DNA from: Paraspadella gotoi
Taxonomy: Eukaryota > Animalia > Chaetognatha
Direction: 5' to 3'
NCBI GenBank assembly: GCA_051294375.1
Contig: CM119268.1
Span: 1,606,885-1,670,884 of the forward strand
Length of the DNA stretch: 64,000 nt
The stretch's first letter is position 1. Every line of letters starts with the position of its first letter. Shown piece after piece: positions 37,600-50,436 of the stretch. The position numbers and the translations under genes were made by a program. The notes below the pieces were generated by a model, which saw nothing but the letters and a program-made list of their open reading frames with translations, did no database searches and was not told the origin of the DNA.

Positions 37600-38190
37600 A
37601 AATGACATTGGGAAATGAATTGAAAACGAACGAAATAATTAATGAGATTGAGAAACGAATTAAAAACGAACAAAATAAGGAATGAGATTGAGAAACGAAT
37701 TGAAAATGAACGAAATAAGGAATGAGATTGCGAAAGGAATTGAAAACAAACAAAATAAGGAATGAGATTAAGAAATGAGATTGAGAAACGAATTGAAAAT
37801 GAATGAAATAAGGAATGAGATTAAGAAATGAGATTAAGAAACTAATTGAAAACGAACAAAATAAGGAATGAGATTGAGAAACAAATTGAAAATGAATGAA
37901 ATAAGGAATGATATTGAGAAATGAATTGAAAATGAATGAAATAAGGAATGAGATTGAGAAATGAGATTGAGAAACGAATTGAAAATGAATGAAATAAGGA
38001 ATGAGATTGAGAAATTAGATTGAAAAATGAATTGAAAACGAACGAAATAAGGAATGAGATTTAGAAATTAATTAAAAACGAATGAAAAAAGGAATAAGAT
38101 TGAGAAATGAGATTGAGAAACAAATTGCAAACAAACAAAATAAGAAATGAGATTGAGAAATGAATTGAAAATGAACGAAATAAGGAATTT
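37600..38190. repeat. ~40-bp minisatellite (aaataaggaatgagattgagaaacgaattgaaaatgaacg); inverted noisy copy at 55700-56320
   Basis: Direct tandem units visible; the flanks 37420-38458 are also inverted at 55332-56520. Confidence 0.9.
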
Positions 38191-38297
38191 CTTGAAAGTG
38201 AAAGGAAGGGAGATAGAGAATAAGACATAACAGGTTCCAAACTAAAAGAAGTCGGGTATAAATATTGTTTGTATTATTATTATTATTATTATTATTA

Positions 38298-38374
<77 letters not shown>

Positions 38375-39049
38375 GTATTTATTAAAGATCATGAAAATAA
38401 AATAAAATAAAATAAAATAAAATTTAACATCATAAGTCAATTTGGTTGTAAAAGAACACTCTATTTTTATTTTATGTCTCCTCTCTCTCTCTCTCTCACT
38501 CACTCTCTCTCTCTCTCTCTCTCTTTTTCTGCAATTGCGACGATCTTTATGCTTTTCAGATTTTTTTTAACTTGCATCATTTTTTCACATTAATTAATTA
38601 ATAATTAATTCATTAATTAATTAAAACATTTATTAGTATCATTAATATTAAAGATTCAAGTAAATTGTGACTTATGTTTTTTCCATCTAACTCATTTCCC
38701 CTGGCACATTTCCGTCAATACTTTATATATTATTATATATTAATAAATATTTAAAAGCTTCAGTGCAACAACCCAATGAACTAATTCAAAAAGTTATATT
38801 GAAAATCGATTTAGTAGTAAAAGGAAAAAAAAAAATTTAAAGAGAACTAAAGTTATAAAAGTGTTCAATTTGGCCCGCCTTACTAGATATTAGGCCTTAC
38901 TAGATATATTGCATGTGATTAAACAATGTTATCGGAATAATAATTTATCATTTTATGTATTTTGTAAGTATTTTAAGTATTTTATTCAGCGAGGTAAAAT
39001 AACAACTTTTTTATTCGCTAATTTTTATCTCGGACTCTCTCTCTTTCTA

Positions 39050-39086
<37 letters not shown>

Positions 39087-39139
39087 AATTGCGACGATCC
39101 TTATGCTCATTTTACTGCTCTCTCTCTCTCTCTCTCTCT

Positions 39140-40258
39140 CTCTTTGCAATTGCGACGATCCTTATGCTTTTAGGATTTTTTTAACTTGTATCATTTTTCT
39201 GCTTCAAGTAAATGTGACTTAGGTTTTTTCCATTTAAACTCATTTCCACTGGCACAATTCCGTCAAAACTTTATATCTAGCTTTTCACACACTTTCCTAC
39301 CCGCTCACAAAATTGATCTCAATCTATTATGGGTTAAAATAAGTAAAAAGATTCAAGTAAATGTGACTCATATTTTTTTCATTTAAACTCCTTCCACTCG
39401 TACGTTTCCACCGAAACTTATATCAAGCATCGATACACATTTTTCTACCCACACAAAAAAATTTGAACTCAATCTAATCCATCCAATTATGATTAATTAG
39501 AGTACTTATTGGTTAAAATAAGTAAAAAGATTTTAGTAATGCGACTTATGTTTTTTCCACTTAAACTCATTTTCCACTCACACGATTCCGTCGAAACTTT
39601 CTATCCAGCTTTATCACACACTTTCCTACCCACACACAAAATTTCATTTCAATCCAACCAGCCAATCACGAGTTATTGGAGCTTTTTGCTAAGGTGGGAC
39701 GGATGGACGGATTGATTGACTGATTAATTAATTATTGATTAATTAATTGACTATTGATTTAATTAACTGATTAATTATTTGACTTATTAATACATCCTGC
39801 ATATACATTTAATATAAAAGGAAAAAGAAGCATAATCAATAGTGAAACAGGTTTTTTGTTTTTTTCCACTCAAAGATTCCATCGAAACTTGGTTTCCTGT
39901 TCAATCACACACTTTTTACTCACATACAAAATTCCAGGTCAATCGATAATTAAGTGGTAATAAGCTATCTTGGTCAACTTGCATAATTTAATCAACTTGC
40001 ATAATTTGGTTCAACTGACATAATTTGGTTAACTGACATAATTTGTCTACTGACATAATTTGGTCAACTGACATAATTTGGTCAACTGACTAATTTGATC
40101 AATTAGATAATTTGGTCAACCGGCCAAATTTGGTTAACTGGCATAATTTTATCAACTAGCCTAATTTGGTCAACAGGCATAATTTGGTCAACTTGCAAAA
40201 CTTGATTAACTTGCAGAATTTGGTCAACTGGCATAATTTGGTCAATTAGCATAATTGG

Positions 40259-40289
<31 letters not shown>

Positions 40290-40994
40290 GAGAGAGAAAC
40301 TTAAAAAATTCAAATAAATGTGTCTTTTGGTTTTCTAATTTGAACTCTTTTCCACTCCTACGATTCCATCAAAAAATTTTTATCCAGCTTTATCAACATA
40401 CTTTCCTACCCACACACAAATTCAATTTCGATTATCTATCCAATTTTTAATAAACAAAATAATTATGAGTAAATTTAAGTAAAATACTTCAAGTAAATAT
40501 GACTTTTGTTTTTTCCATTTTAACTCATTTCCACTCGCTCGATTCCATCGAAACTTTATATCCGGCTCAATCACACACTTTCCTACCATCATACAAAATT
40601 TCAAGTCAATTGCACTATCCACTCATGAGCAATTGGCGTTCAAATAGAGAAATATATTTTTTGTTTTTTCCATTTAAACCAATTTCCACTCGCACGATTC
40701 CCTCGAAACTTCATATCCATCTCAATCACACAGTTTCTACCCACACACAAAATTTCATACCAATCCATCCATCCAATCACGGGTAATTGGAGTTTTTGCT
40801 TAAGGTGGGACGGACGGACGGACGGACGGACGGACGGACAGACGGACGGACGGACATCATTTTTTTTGCATAATTTATCATAATTCGATGTTCCTGACAT
40901 GATATAAGTGTGTGCCCGACAATATTGAGGGGCGGACCGACGGACCGAAAAAGTGAGTTATAGAGTCGGGATCTGCTGATAAGCAGATCCGACT
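39140..40994 (-). mobile_element. HINE family B copy (inverted) with extra repeat units and a 19-bp minisatellite; partial extra end at 38528-38720
   Basis: Palindrome AGTCGGGATCTGCTGATAAGCAGATCCGACT at 40964-40994, (GGAC)n, colinear with the reverse complement of 4306-5545. Confidence 0.75.
39975..40260. repeat. 19-bp minisatellite (gcataatttggtcaactg-like)
   Basis: About 15 tandem units inside HINE B copy 2. Confidence 0.9.
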
Positions 40995-41134
40995 AAAAAA
41001 TCACGAAGCGACGAATCAGAAAATCTTTGTATCACAAACTCGCTCCACTGATTCTCCGTCAAAACACAAGAACTTGCGAAGCGGCTCTAAAAGTCACTTG
41101 TCGGTCAGTCGGTCGGTAGGATCCGTAGTCCGAC
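40995..41134 (+). repeat. ~140-bp near-identical dispersed repeat (other copy 63862-64000, running off the window)
   Basis: aaaaaatcacgaagcgacgaatcag...gtcggtcggtagg is identical at both loci and contains the HINE-like ctctaaaagtcactt..gtcggtc core. Confidence 0.9.
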
Positions 41135-41274
41135 TCATTTAAAATCGAATAATTCAAGCATACTGAGTTATTCTGTTTAATATATGGCAATATGGCATAC
41201 AAGTGGCATATGTTTTAAATGTATTTGAGTTTATATGACTGATATTCATATGACAATAGTATAAATAACTTAAA

Positions 41275-41317
41275 CCAGTCTCTTCGGAGGCGTGGGTTCG
41301 AATCCCACCGCTCACCA
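41275..41317 (+). pseudogene. 3' half of tRNA-Leu (variable arm, T arm, acceptor 3' strand); 5' half absent
   Basis: CCAGTCTCTTCGGAGGCGTGGGTTCGAATCCCACCGCT matches the recalled 3' half of metazoan tRNA-Leu(AAG/TAG). Confidence 0.8.
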
Positions 41318-41399
41318 CATTTAAGTAAGTCGANNNNNNNNNNNNNNNNNNNNNNNNNCAGGGATTTCAACATGAAACCAAAGTGGAATTTATTTCAGA

Positions 41400-41938
41400 G
41401 TATAAACAAGCGTAAGACGGTGTCAGAATTTGGAAAAGTATTTATACAGAGCCATCGGATCATCGACACGGGCTGGTTTTCCCGATGGCATGAAGCCCAT
41501 CTTGTGATTGGTCGATTCCGTTGGTGATTCGCCCAATGAGAAGATGGAATCCAGCTTTCGGCGGATTCTACCCGAGTCGTGGATCCGATTCGTATTTTTG
41601 GTTCCAATTCCATCTGCAATGTGAAATTGGTACAACCAAAATAAAAATTATCCATGTAATACCGATCAATACAGTCAGGACATGTGTCATCAAACGTTTG
41701 TTGTTAAAACTGATATCATCACGTGACCAGCTTAGGATCCGATCAGGTATAGAGTAAGTGAATTCGGCGCGATACTTTGGAATTGCTGTTCCATCTTCGA
41801 TTATCAATGAAACTGATAACTGATAACTGATAAGACTTATTGTTCCACTCGAATCACTCGCGCTGATTTGCATTGCATATTTCCAATCCCGTAATACCGC
41901 GATTTTCGAAACAACGACGATGACTATGACCGAGAATA

Positions 41939-41978
<40 letters not shown>

Positions 41979-42080
41979 CAAGGAAACTGATTTCCATGAT
42001 TCTTCCATTAGGAAGGAACCTTCTTCCAACGAAGGCTCCTCGCCCCAGTGTATCCGCCCTTCAGTGCTTGTAGCTAATGA
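41400..42080 (-). pseudogene. Class A GPCR-like fragment (TM3-TM5), antisense within the RhoGAP intron; frameshifted
   Basis: ORF 41568-42029 contains LMTHVLTVLIGITWIIFILVVPI (TM4-like W..P). Upstream ISYQLSVSLII-E becomes an E-R-W..AI TM3 motif with a frameshift. Inference only. Confidence 0.33.
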
Positions 42081-42096
42081 ACAAGCTCTCGGCCTC

Positions 42097-42163
<67 letters not shown>

Positions 42164-42252
42164 TCTCCCTTCAACTCGGATCTCGATAGAAAATTTCAGG
42201 TCTTGTCAATTGAAAGGGATGAAGAGAGAGAGGAGAGAGGGAGTGAGAGAGA

Positions 42253-42316
<64 letters not shown>

Positions 42317-42485
42317 TTGAGAACTTCATCTTTTACAATTTTTGCATCTTTTAAAATCTTGTTTCAGCGACGTCGGCATTTTGTTTGACTTTGACTGAAA
42401 AACACGAAGATTTAGTCAAAAAAAACAATAAAATTTTATATCTATTTGATTTCTAAATCTTCTCGTCAAACACACTTCTTATAGT

Positions 42486-42546
<61 letters not shown>

Positions 42547-42956
42547 CTCAAGTTAGTTGATATTCGTACCAGAATTAACTATTTTGTCATTCATCCTGGA
42601 TACAAGCAAATTGTTTGTTATTTGGTTTGTTTGTTGTTTAATACATGTATACTATCTCATACTATCAATTGTTGATTGTCATTTCGTTTTTAAACTTTTT
42701 ATATTTCTCTTTCGTTCTCATTTCCCAGCCCTAATTTTTTCAATATTTCAATAAAACTTTCGTGATGGTTTATTGTTTATCTTATACGAGATTATAGTTT
42801 ATAGTAATAAAATAAACACTGGTTATGGTTTTTAGGTGTTATGTGGATCTTTGCATTTTTATTCTCCAAAAAAACCATTAAGTCGAATAGATCAAGAGAA
42901 TAAAGAGAAGAGAAAAAAAGATCAGGAAATCGTTGACACCACTCGGACTTACAACC

Positions 42957-43049
<93 letters not shown>

Positions 43050-43175
43050 ATTTCTCGGCTCGTAATCCAATGTCACCTTTGAATCATGAGCAATACTTTT
43101 TTCTTTCTTTTTTTGCCTCCGACTTGAACTCAAAAAAAACGGGAAAACTTAGGATATAGAAAGAATAATAACTGA

Positions 43176-43237
<62 letters not shown>

Positions 43238-43507
43238 AGAGGAGAAGAGAGAGAGAGAATGAGAGAGAAATGACGAAAGAGAATAATAACCAATGGTAGA
43301 AGAAAAAGAATATATGGTTAAAGTAGAAAAGGAGAGAAGAAAGAAAAAGAAAAATAGAAGAAAAGTGGAAAAGAGAGAGGGAGACAAATTGAGAAAAGAT
43401 AATCGTTAGATTAAGAAGGGGAAAGGAACGAATAGAGACAGAGTGAGTCGAAGAGTGGGAGAGAGGGAAAATCTTTAAAGGTGTAACGGAGTCCGTAAAG
43501 AAATGGA

Positions 43508-43551
<44 letters not shown>

Positions 43552-43565
43552 TCTCTCTCTCTCTC

Positions 43566-43618
<53 letters not shown>

Positions 43619-43780
43619 TCTCTACTTTTTCTCTCTCTCTGTCTCTCTCTCTCTCTGCGGCCGAGAACAAAATGGAAAGAAAAGAAAAATGAAGTAGAAA
43701 ACCTGTACAAATGAGGAATGAAAAAAAAGGAAGCGAGAAAATGGGAGGAAAATAAATAAAGGAGGAAAAGAAAAATAAAG

Positions 43781-43874
<94 letters not shown>

Positions 43875-44730
43875 GGATTAATGGGGTTGTGAGACATGAA
43901 AATGGCGTTACATAGGGGAGTGGGAAGGTGGCAGAGGGATGACATCAAAAACTGAGATTTCAATGGAACGGGTTCCCTCTTCTAGGAATGGAAGAGAAGC
44001 TCTGGTTTTGTAAAGAATATTTTAGGCAGTCTTTTTCCAGCAAAACATCGCATTTTTTTTTTTTTTTTTTTTTTGGTTTGTCCAAAAAAAAAAAGGACGG
44101 AAGCAGGAATCGAGATCGAGGCGGCGTTTTGAATCGTCGCCATGACGACGACTTTAACATAAAAGAAAAATATGAAAAACAGAGAAACTAGAAGATGGAT
44201 GGAATCGAGAATGAAATATGTAAGGGGAGGGGGGGAAGATTTGAAAGAAAAAAAATGAGGAAAGTATAAATAAATATTAGAATAAATATAATCAATATAT
44301 AATATAATAAATATTAGAAAGAAGAAAACCGTGAATTAGATTCGTCCTCACACTTTTGAGATTAATCAAAGGAAAAGAAGAAGGAAAAAGATTAAGAGAA
44401 AAGGGAAGGTAAAGGTTAACGCGAAGCAGGCGTCCCTGCTGTCGAGCGTGAGATGTGAGTACGTGAGACGCCGAAAAATAAACATTTAGGAAAAAAGCCA
44501 CAAAAAAATACTTATAGATAAAGTAAAATAAACAAAGAATACTGTAAGGACTGTTGAAAATCAGAGGACATCGTCTTGGCTCAACGCCGAAATCCAATTA
44601 TATACGGAGCTGGAACCGATATAAAGCATTTTAAGACGGAACCGGATGTGAGTGAAAATCGTTGATGAAAACCGGAACCGTCGACGGGCGACTTGGCGAC
44701 GCCGGTAATTAGGCTGAGTCGCTCTCTCTC

Positions 44731-44767
<37 letters not shown>

Positions 44768-44796
44768 GAGAGAAAGAGAGAGGGAAGAGAGAGAGG

Positions 44797-44846
<50 letters not shown>

Positions 44847-45321
44847 GTGTGAACGTGAAGGGAAGAATTAAAGAATGAAAATGGTCGGTGAGAGACAGAA
44901 TTGTGAAAAGATGGCGGGAAGTGAGAGGGGGCGTGAGGCGGTGTTGGAGGTGAGAATAAAAGAGCAACAGAAAAAAAAGAGCAAAGGTCTGAAAACAAAG
45001 GAAGGGGTGACCGGGTGAGGGGGCGGAGAAGGAGTGGTGGAAGAAGGGGCGGAGAGGGGGGGAGAGCGAGAAGGAAGCGAAAAGATGCGGACGCGAAGAG
45101 GAAAATGACCTGCGTTGAGTCTCTGAAGACGACGACGACGACGACGACGGACGACGACGACGAACGCTGAAAAAAAACAATTAATTTGCCGACGACAAAT
45201 ATTATAATACGAAATATAATTTTAATTATAGTTTATGGTTTTACTTGAAACACATTGACTGCGACATTTGACAACTCAGGTAAATAAATTTGCATCAGAT
45301 ACGCTATTAACAGTAAACAAA

Positions 45322-45520
45322 TGTGGATGAGACGGCTGAAGAGCTATCCGCAACTTCTTTACCCCCTCTAGCAGCCAAGAACGAGTCCTGGGTTTTCCGA
45401 CCGTCCTCAGCTTCCCGCTGGAATCGATCCCTGAGCCTGATGTAATTAGCCACCGGTCACAACTGAAGGTGTTATGCTTAAACTAAAAGGCGGGTAAACT
45501 TGTGTTAATTCCCGACTGCA
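45322..45520. mobile_element. Internally deleted copy of the solo-LTR-like family
   Basis: Starts TGTGGAT, ends ccgactgCA, shares cccctctagcagc and actgaaggtgtt(c)atgct. No TSD visible. Confidence 0.65.
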
Positions 45521-45865
45521 TGACAACAGCAACAACGACGACTCAGATGCAATTGACAACAACAACTTCGACGACGACAACAACGACGCGACGCCGACGA
45601 CGACGACGACGGCGAGGTTGACGATGACGACGACGCGACGACGACGACGACGACGAGGTTGAAGAGGACGATGACACGCTCAGACGTCGGCCTTTCAGAT
45701 AAAAGAATAAAAGGATTTTTCTTTCTGCCTCGAAATTTTAGTTCCGGTTTTTTTCCCAAAAATATTTTTCTCACTAATTTTTTTTTTTTCTTCAAAAATG
45801 TTTTCGGTTTTTTTTTACTTTATTTTTTCTTTCTCCTTTTTCATTTAAGGGTCTTCTTTTCTCTC

Positions 45866-45922
<57 letters not shown>

Positions 45923-46121
45923 GTCTCTCTCTCTCTCTCTCTCTGTTTCTTCCCGTCGCCGTGGCTTTAATAACTAACCCGTTCGATCTGACCAAGTAGA
46001 TCTAAAGCCTCCGACAATTTGCCTCCCTTTTCTCAATGAATTTAATATTAGAATATTTAATATTTATTATCAGTATTAAACTTCGCACTTTCCACTAAAA
46101 CCGATGTCGTTGTCTCGGCAG

Positions 46122-46250
46122 AACCATGCGTCCGTCACCTGGCACGACCGGAGAAAAGACTCAAACGAATTCCGGAGATTAACTGTCCCAGTGCATGCAG
46201 GAATCGGGAAATTCGCTGAAGAGATCGACGGGCAAGCCATCGCTGCTTTG
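46122..46250 (+). CDS. Exon 2 of the same BAR-RhoGAP gene (apparent 1-nt frameshift errors)
   Basis: CAG acceptor at 46119-46121 and GTGAGT donor at 46251. Joined frames give ...EKRLKRIPEIN/LSQCMQESGNSLKRSTGKPSLL, matching ARHGAP17 ...ERRHKKLPLTALAQNMQEASTQLEDSLLG. Later exons were not recognised in the window. Confidence 0.72.
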
Positions 46251-47634
46251 GTGAGTTGGAAGCATTGATGCTTCAAAGAGATAAGAACGTACTGTAGGTA
46301 CGTAGTGTACGTACTGTTTAGTCAAAAAATAAAAATATTAACTCCGGAAAAAGAGAATAAATTTATTAAAGAATAAATTTAAAATCAAAACATAAACCAA
46401 ATTCTTTTTCCAAACCGTTTTTGTATTGGATCTCTGTTTTATTCTATTCATCACTTATTTTTAAATTTATAAAAATAGATAAAAAACATTTAAAAGATGT
46501 GGGTGGATTTTTAATATATAAAAATACAAATCCGTATACATCCAAATGTTTTGTTCCACCTTAAATGTTATATTTTCCTTTCCTAGTCTTCCTCTTTCTC
46601 CAATCGTTCCTATATTCCTACCTCCCTCTCTTTTTATCCTTCCTACCTCCCTCTTTTTTCCATGTCTCTTCTTCCTTCAAACCCTTTTTTCATTCATTTT
46701 TTCCCCTTTCCCTTTTCCTTTCTTCTCACAATTCATTGTTCTTTCTTTTTTCCTTTCTTTTCACAATTCATTTCTCCTTTCTTTTCTCTTTTCCCTTTTC
46801 TTTCTTCTCACAATTCATTGTCCTTTCTTTTTCCTGTTCCTTTGTTTTCAGAATTCATCTCCTTTCTTTTCCCTTTTCCCTTTTCCTTTCTTTTCACAAT
46901 TCATTTCCCTTTCTTTTCCTTTTTTCTTCTTCTCGCAATTATTCTCCTTCTTTTCCCTTTTCCTTCTTCTCAACATCATTCTCTTTTCTTTTCCCTTTTC
47001 CTTTCTTCTCACAATTTTATTCTCNNNNNNNNNNNNNNNNNNNNNNNNNNNNNNNNNNNNNNNNNNNNNNNNNNNNNNNNNNNNNNNNNNNNNNNNNNNN
47101 NNNNNNNNNNNNNNNNNNNNNNNNCTCTTTTTTTTTAGGTTTTTGGTGTAGGAATATTGGATTGTTATGGTTATGGATGTTACGAGTCCAAAAAGCGACT
47201 GAGGTGGCGCACTGGGTGGTTGGGTGAGCGTTAACCCCTTGAGGGCGCCAAAAACATTAAAGGTGGCAAACGGCAAGGGGTAAGTTATGGCTGAATGCGT
47301 AAGGGCAAGGCGGGATGAAAAGAGGATTAGGCGAGGAAAACAAATTGATTAGTTATCATCAGGGTGTAATTATTAAATTGATTTAAAATGGGATTACGAG
47401 ACAGAGATATAAAAACTTGGTTTTAAGTCATTTTCATGAGGTAGATATTCCATTGGCCCATTGGATCAGATGTTTACCCCAAATGTACATGAACCGACAA
47501 GTGAGATGATATTTTATCTTTTTTCTAATTTTTTTTTTTACTATTCCCCAATTGAAATGAAGAGGGGCGCCAAAGAGTTAGCCCGATGAAAAAAAACCAG
47601 AGACGGATTTATCTTTCCAAGCCAATGACGGAGA

Positions 47635-47698
<64 letters not shown>

Positions 47699-49357
47699 AA
47701 ACACTTTGAGACTTTCAATGATTAAACTTGTAAAAAGCATTTTTTCTCAGTTTTATAACAGATACATTACAAATTCAAAAAATAAATTGAGTTACTAATT
47801 GAATTTTTTTTGTTAAATTTACTCCGTACGTAAATAAATTTCAAAGAAAAAAAATTAGAAGAAAACTCCTTTCAAAAACCACCAGGCACTGGAGGATCTA
47901 AGAGTGAGAAACAAAAGACAAATTTTAATGAAGAAAAATTTGCATATGAAACGAACGAAATTTTCTATTTTTGCCCAAATATAATAAATTCTGATGTTGC
48001 CCGACTAGTTGGGCCGTTTTCCTTTCCTCCCATCTCAATTTAGACCAATCGTATTTCCTCGCCACGTAAATTTGGGCATCCCTCGGAATAAGGGCCATTC
48101 CTCTCTCTTGCCTTCTTTCGAAATTGGGCCATCCCTCGGTTTTCCGGACCCTGGAATCAGGGCCATTCCTCTCTCTTGCCTTCTTTCGAAATTGGGCCAT
48201 CCCTCGTTTGCTCGGGTCAAAGGTCATCGAGGCGAAGAAAACAAAAGACAAACGTGACTCAATTCNNNNNNNNNNAGAAGAGGGCATAAGGGGATAAACA
48301 GAGCAGTGACACCGAAGCGGATTCCTGACGAAATGAGCTCATGACAATGGATTAGATGAAGCTATTCATTACGAGAGGGAAGACGATAGCAGCGTTAGCG
48401 TCGTCGTATTCAAACATATAAGTAGTAATGAACTTTTTTTTTTCGTTCGACGTTGTCACTCAAATATCAAGAGCGAGAATAAACAACTCGCCTAAAGAGA
48501 TGTCCAAAAGGCTGAGACGCATCAGTCAACGATGCGGCGACATGCAAATGAGATGGACGGACCTTTCCTTTTTTTTTCTTTGTGAGTCTCNNNNNNNNNN
48601 NNNNNNNNNNNNNNNNNNNNNNNNNNNNNNNNNNNNNNNNNNNNNNNNNNNNNNNNNNNNNNNNNNNNNNNNNNNNNNNNNNNNNNNNNNNNNNNNNNNN
48701 NNNNNNNNNNNNNNNNNNNNNNNNNNNNNNNNNNNNNNNNNNNNNNNNNNNNNNNNNNNNNNNNNNNNNNNNNNNNNNNNNNNNNNNNNNNNNNNNNACC
48801 TCGTAAAGAAAATCACGAAAAATAACAATCAGACGCCGAGTTGGGGGGAGTGAGGTTAAGGGGGTTAGTTGGTGAAAGGTGAATGGTGAATGTGTGATTT
48901 GTTCTGAGGGAAGATGAAAGATGTATCACGACTGAAGTAGTGAAACGAGGACGGGAGGATTGGGTGGAGTGAAACAATAAATTGCTGTTAACGGGTGAAT
49001 GTGAATCTTAAAGGAATTTGTCTAGGGGAGGGAAAACGGCGAAATCGTGAAAAGTCACGTTATCAATCGATCTTGAAAGTGAGGGAGAGAGAAAGTGAAA
49101 GAAAGAATTAATTTCATTCGCTTCTTTTCATTATTCTTGGACATCAAATTTCATTAATTATTTAAATTCACTTAATCAATTTACCCCAGCGCTTTATTGA
49201 CGCAACATTCACCATCACCCCAGCTTCATTTTACCCATCAGATGCACTTTCGCCACGACCATTATGCCTCCTTCTCCATCGCCATTACATTCTCTCGTCC
49301 ATTAGACGGGAATCACTCCATCACGAAAATTTACGGGCTCTCGCAACAACACTCTCG

Positions 49358-49420
<63 letters not shown>

Positions 49421-49572
49421 TCTCTCCACTCTCTTATTTTCTCCTTAAAATACAAAGCATCGACTTAAAGAGAAGTGAATCTATGACGAAAAAAATTAAA
49501 ACGTTTTTGAGTTAAACCAAATCTTGAATTGGCGTTGTTTGAACTTTTTCGGCCCCTTGCTGTTCAAAGATA

Positions 49573-49770
49573 TGTGGATAAGGCGCTAAGTGGCGCGAAG
49601 AGTTTTATCCGCAACTTGTTTAAGCCCCTCTAGCAGCCATGGAACGGGTCCTGGTCTTGGAACCAGGCTTGAGGTTTTTCCACGCTCCCAAAGCAATTAA
49701 TGGCCATGCTCACTCTTCCCGCAGGGTGGGTACCTTTGGGAATCGAACCCGGTACCTAGTGGTCATTAGC
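49573..49770. mobile_element. Truncated copy of the solo-LTR-like family, abutting (GATA)n
   Basis: TGTGGATAAGGCGCTAAGTGG start identical to 31477; perfect B box GGTTCGATTCC on the minus strand (~49739-49749). Confidence 0.7.
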
Positions 49771-49779
49771 TGATACCTC

Positions 49780-49913
<134 letters not shown>

Positions 49914-50208
49914 ATGATAGACAAATACATAGATAATCCATGGATACTAGAGCGTAGTTAAAGTTACAAACGAAAATTCTAAAAGTCAATTATGAACAAC
50001 ATACCATCAGTGAACATTAATTTGTAAAAAAAAATTATTTTATGTTCTTCAATTTTCTTATAATATATATATAATATATATATCCTTATAAAATCGCTTT
50101 TCTTAATTTTGATTGCAGATTTGAATTCCTAATCAAAAGTTGATAAAAGAAAATATAAATCATTTTTAAAAATTATTTCATAAAGTGGATTAAAAATTTT
50201 TAAAAAAT

Positions 50209-50436
50209 ATGGTGGACTAAAATCCACCAACCGTTCATCAGCGGCCATTGATGCTGGAGACTAGTCATTCGCCTCCCAACCCAAAGGTCCGGGGTTCTAG
50301 CCCGGTGGCCCCATAGCAGTTAAGAGGGACGAGGCTCTTAACCCGCCTGTAACATGATGTAACCTGATCCGTAGCTCAGGGACTGCTTATATTGAACGGT
50401 TCTGTCAATCACACATAACAATAAATACTGTCTCTT
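50209..50436 (+). mobile_element. ~230-bp interspersed repeat: terminal hairpin + subterminal inverted repeat enclosing a tRNA-Gly-like head and three hairpins (full copy)
   Basis: GGTGGA-ctaaaa-TCCACC hairpin (50211-50228); AACCGTTCA (50229) / TGAACGGTT (50393) inverted pair; tRNA-like GCGGCCA..TTCGCCTCCCAA..GGTTCTAGCCC..TGG(T)CGC. Confidence 0.8.

Noticed and set aside
41275-41317. Functional tRNA-Leu gene
   Set aside because: No D arm, A box or 5' acceptor strand upstream.
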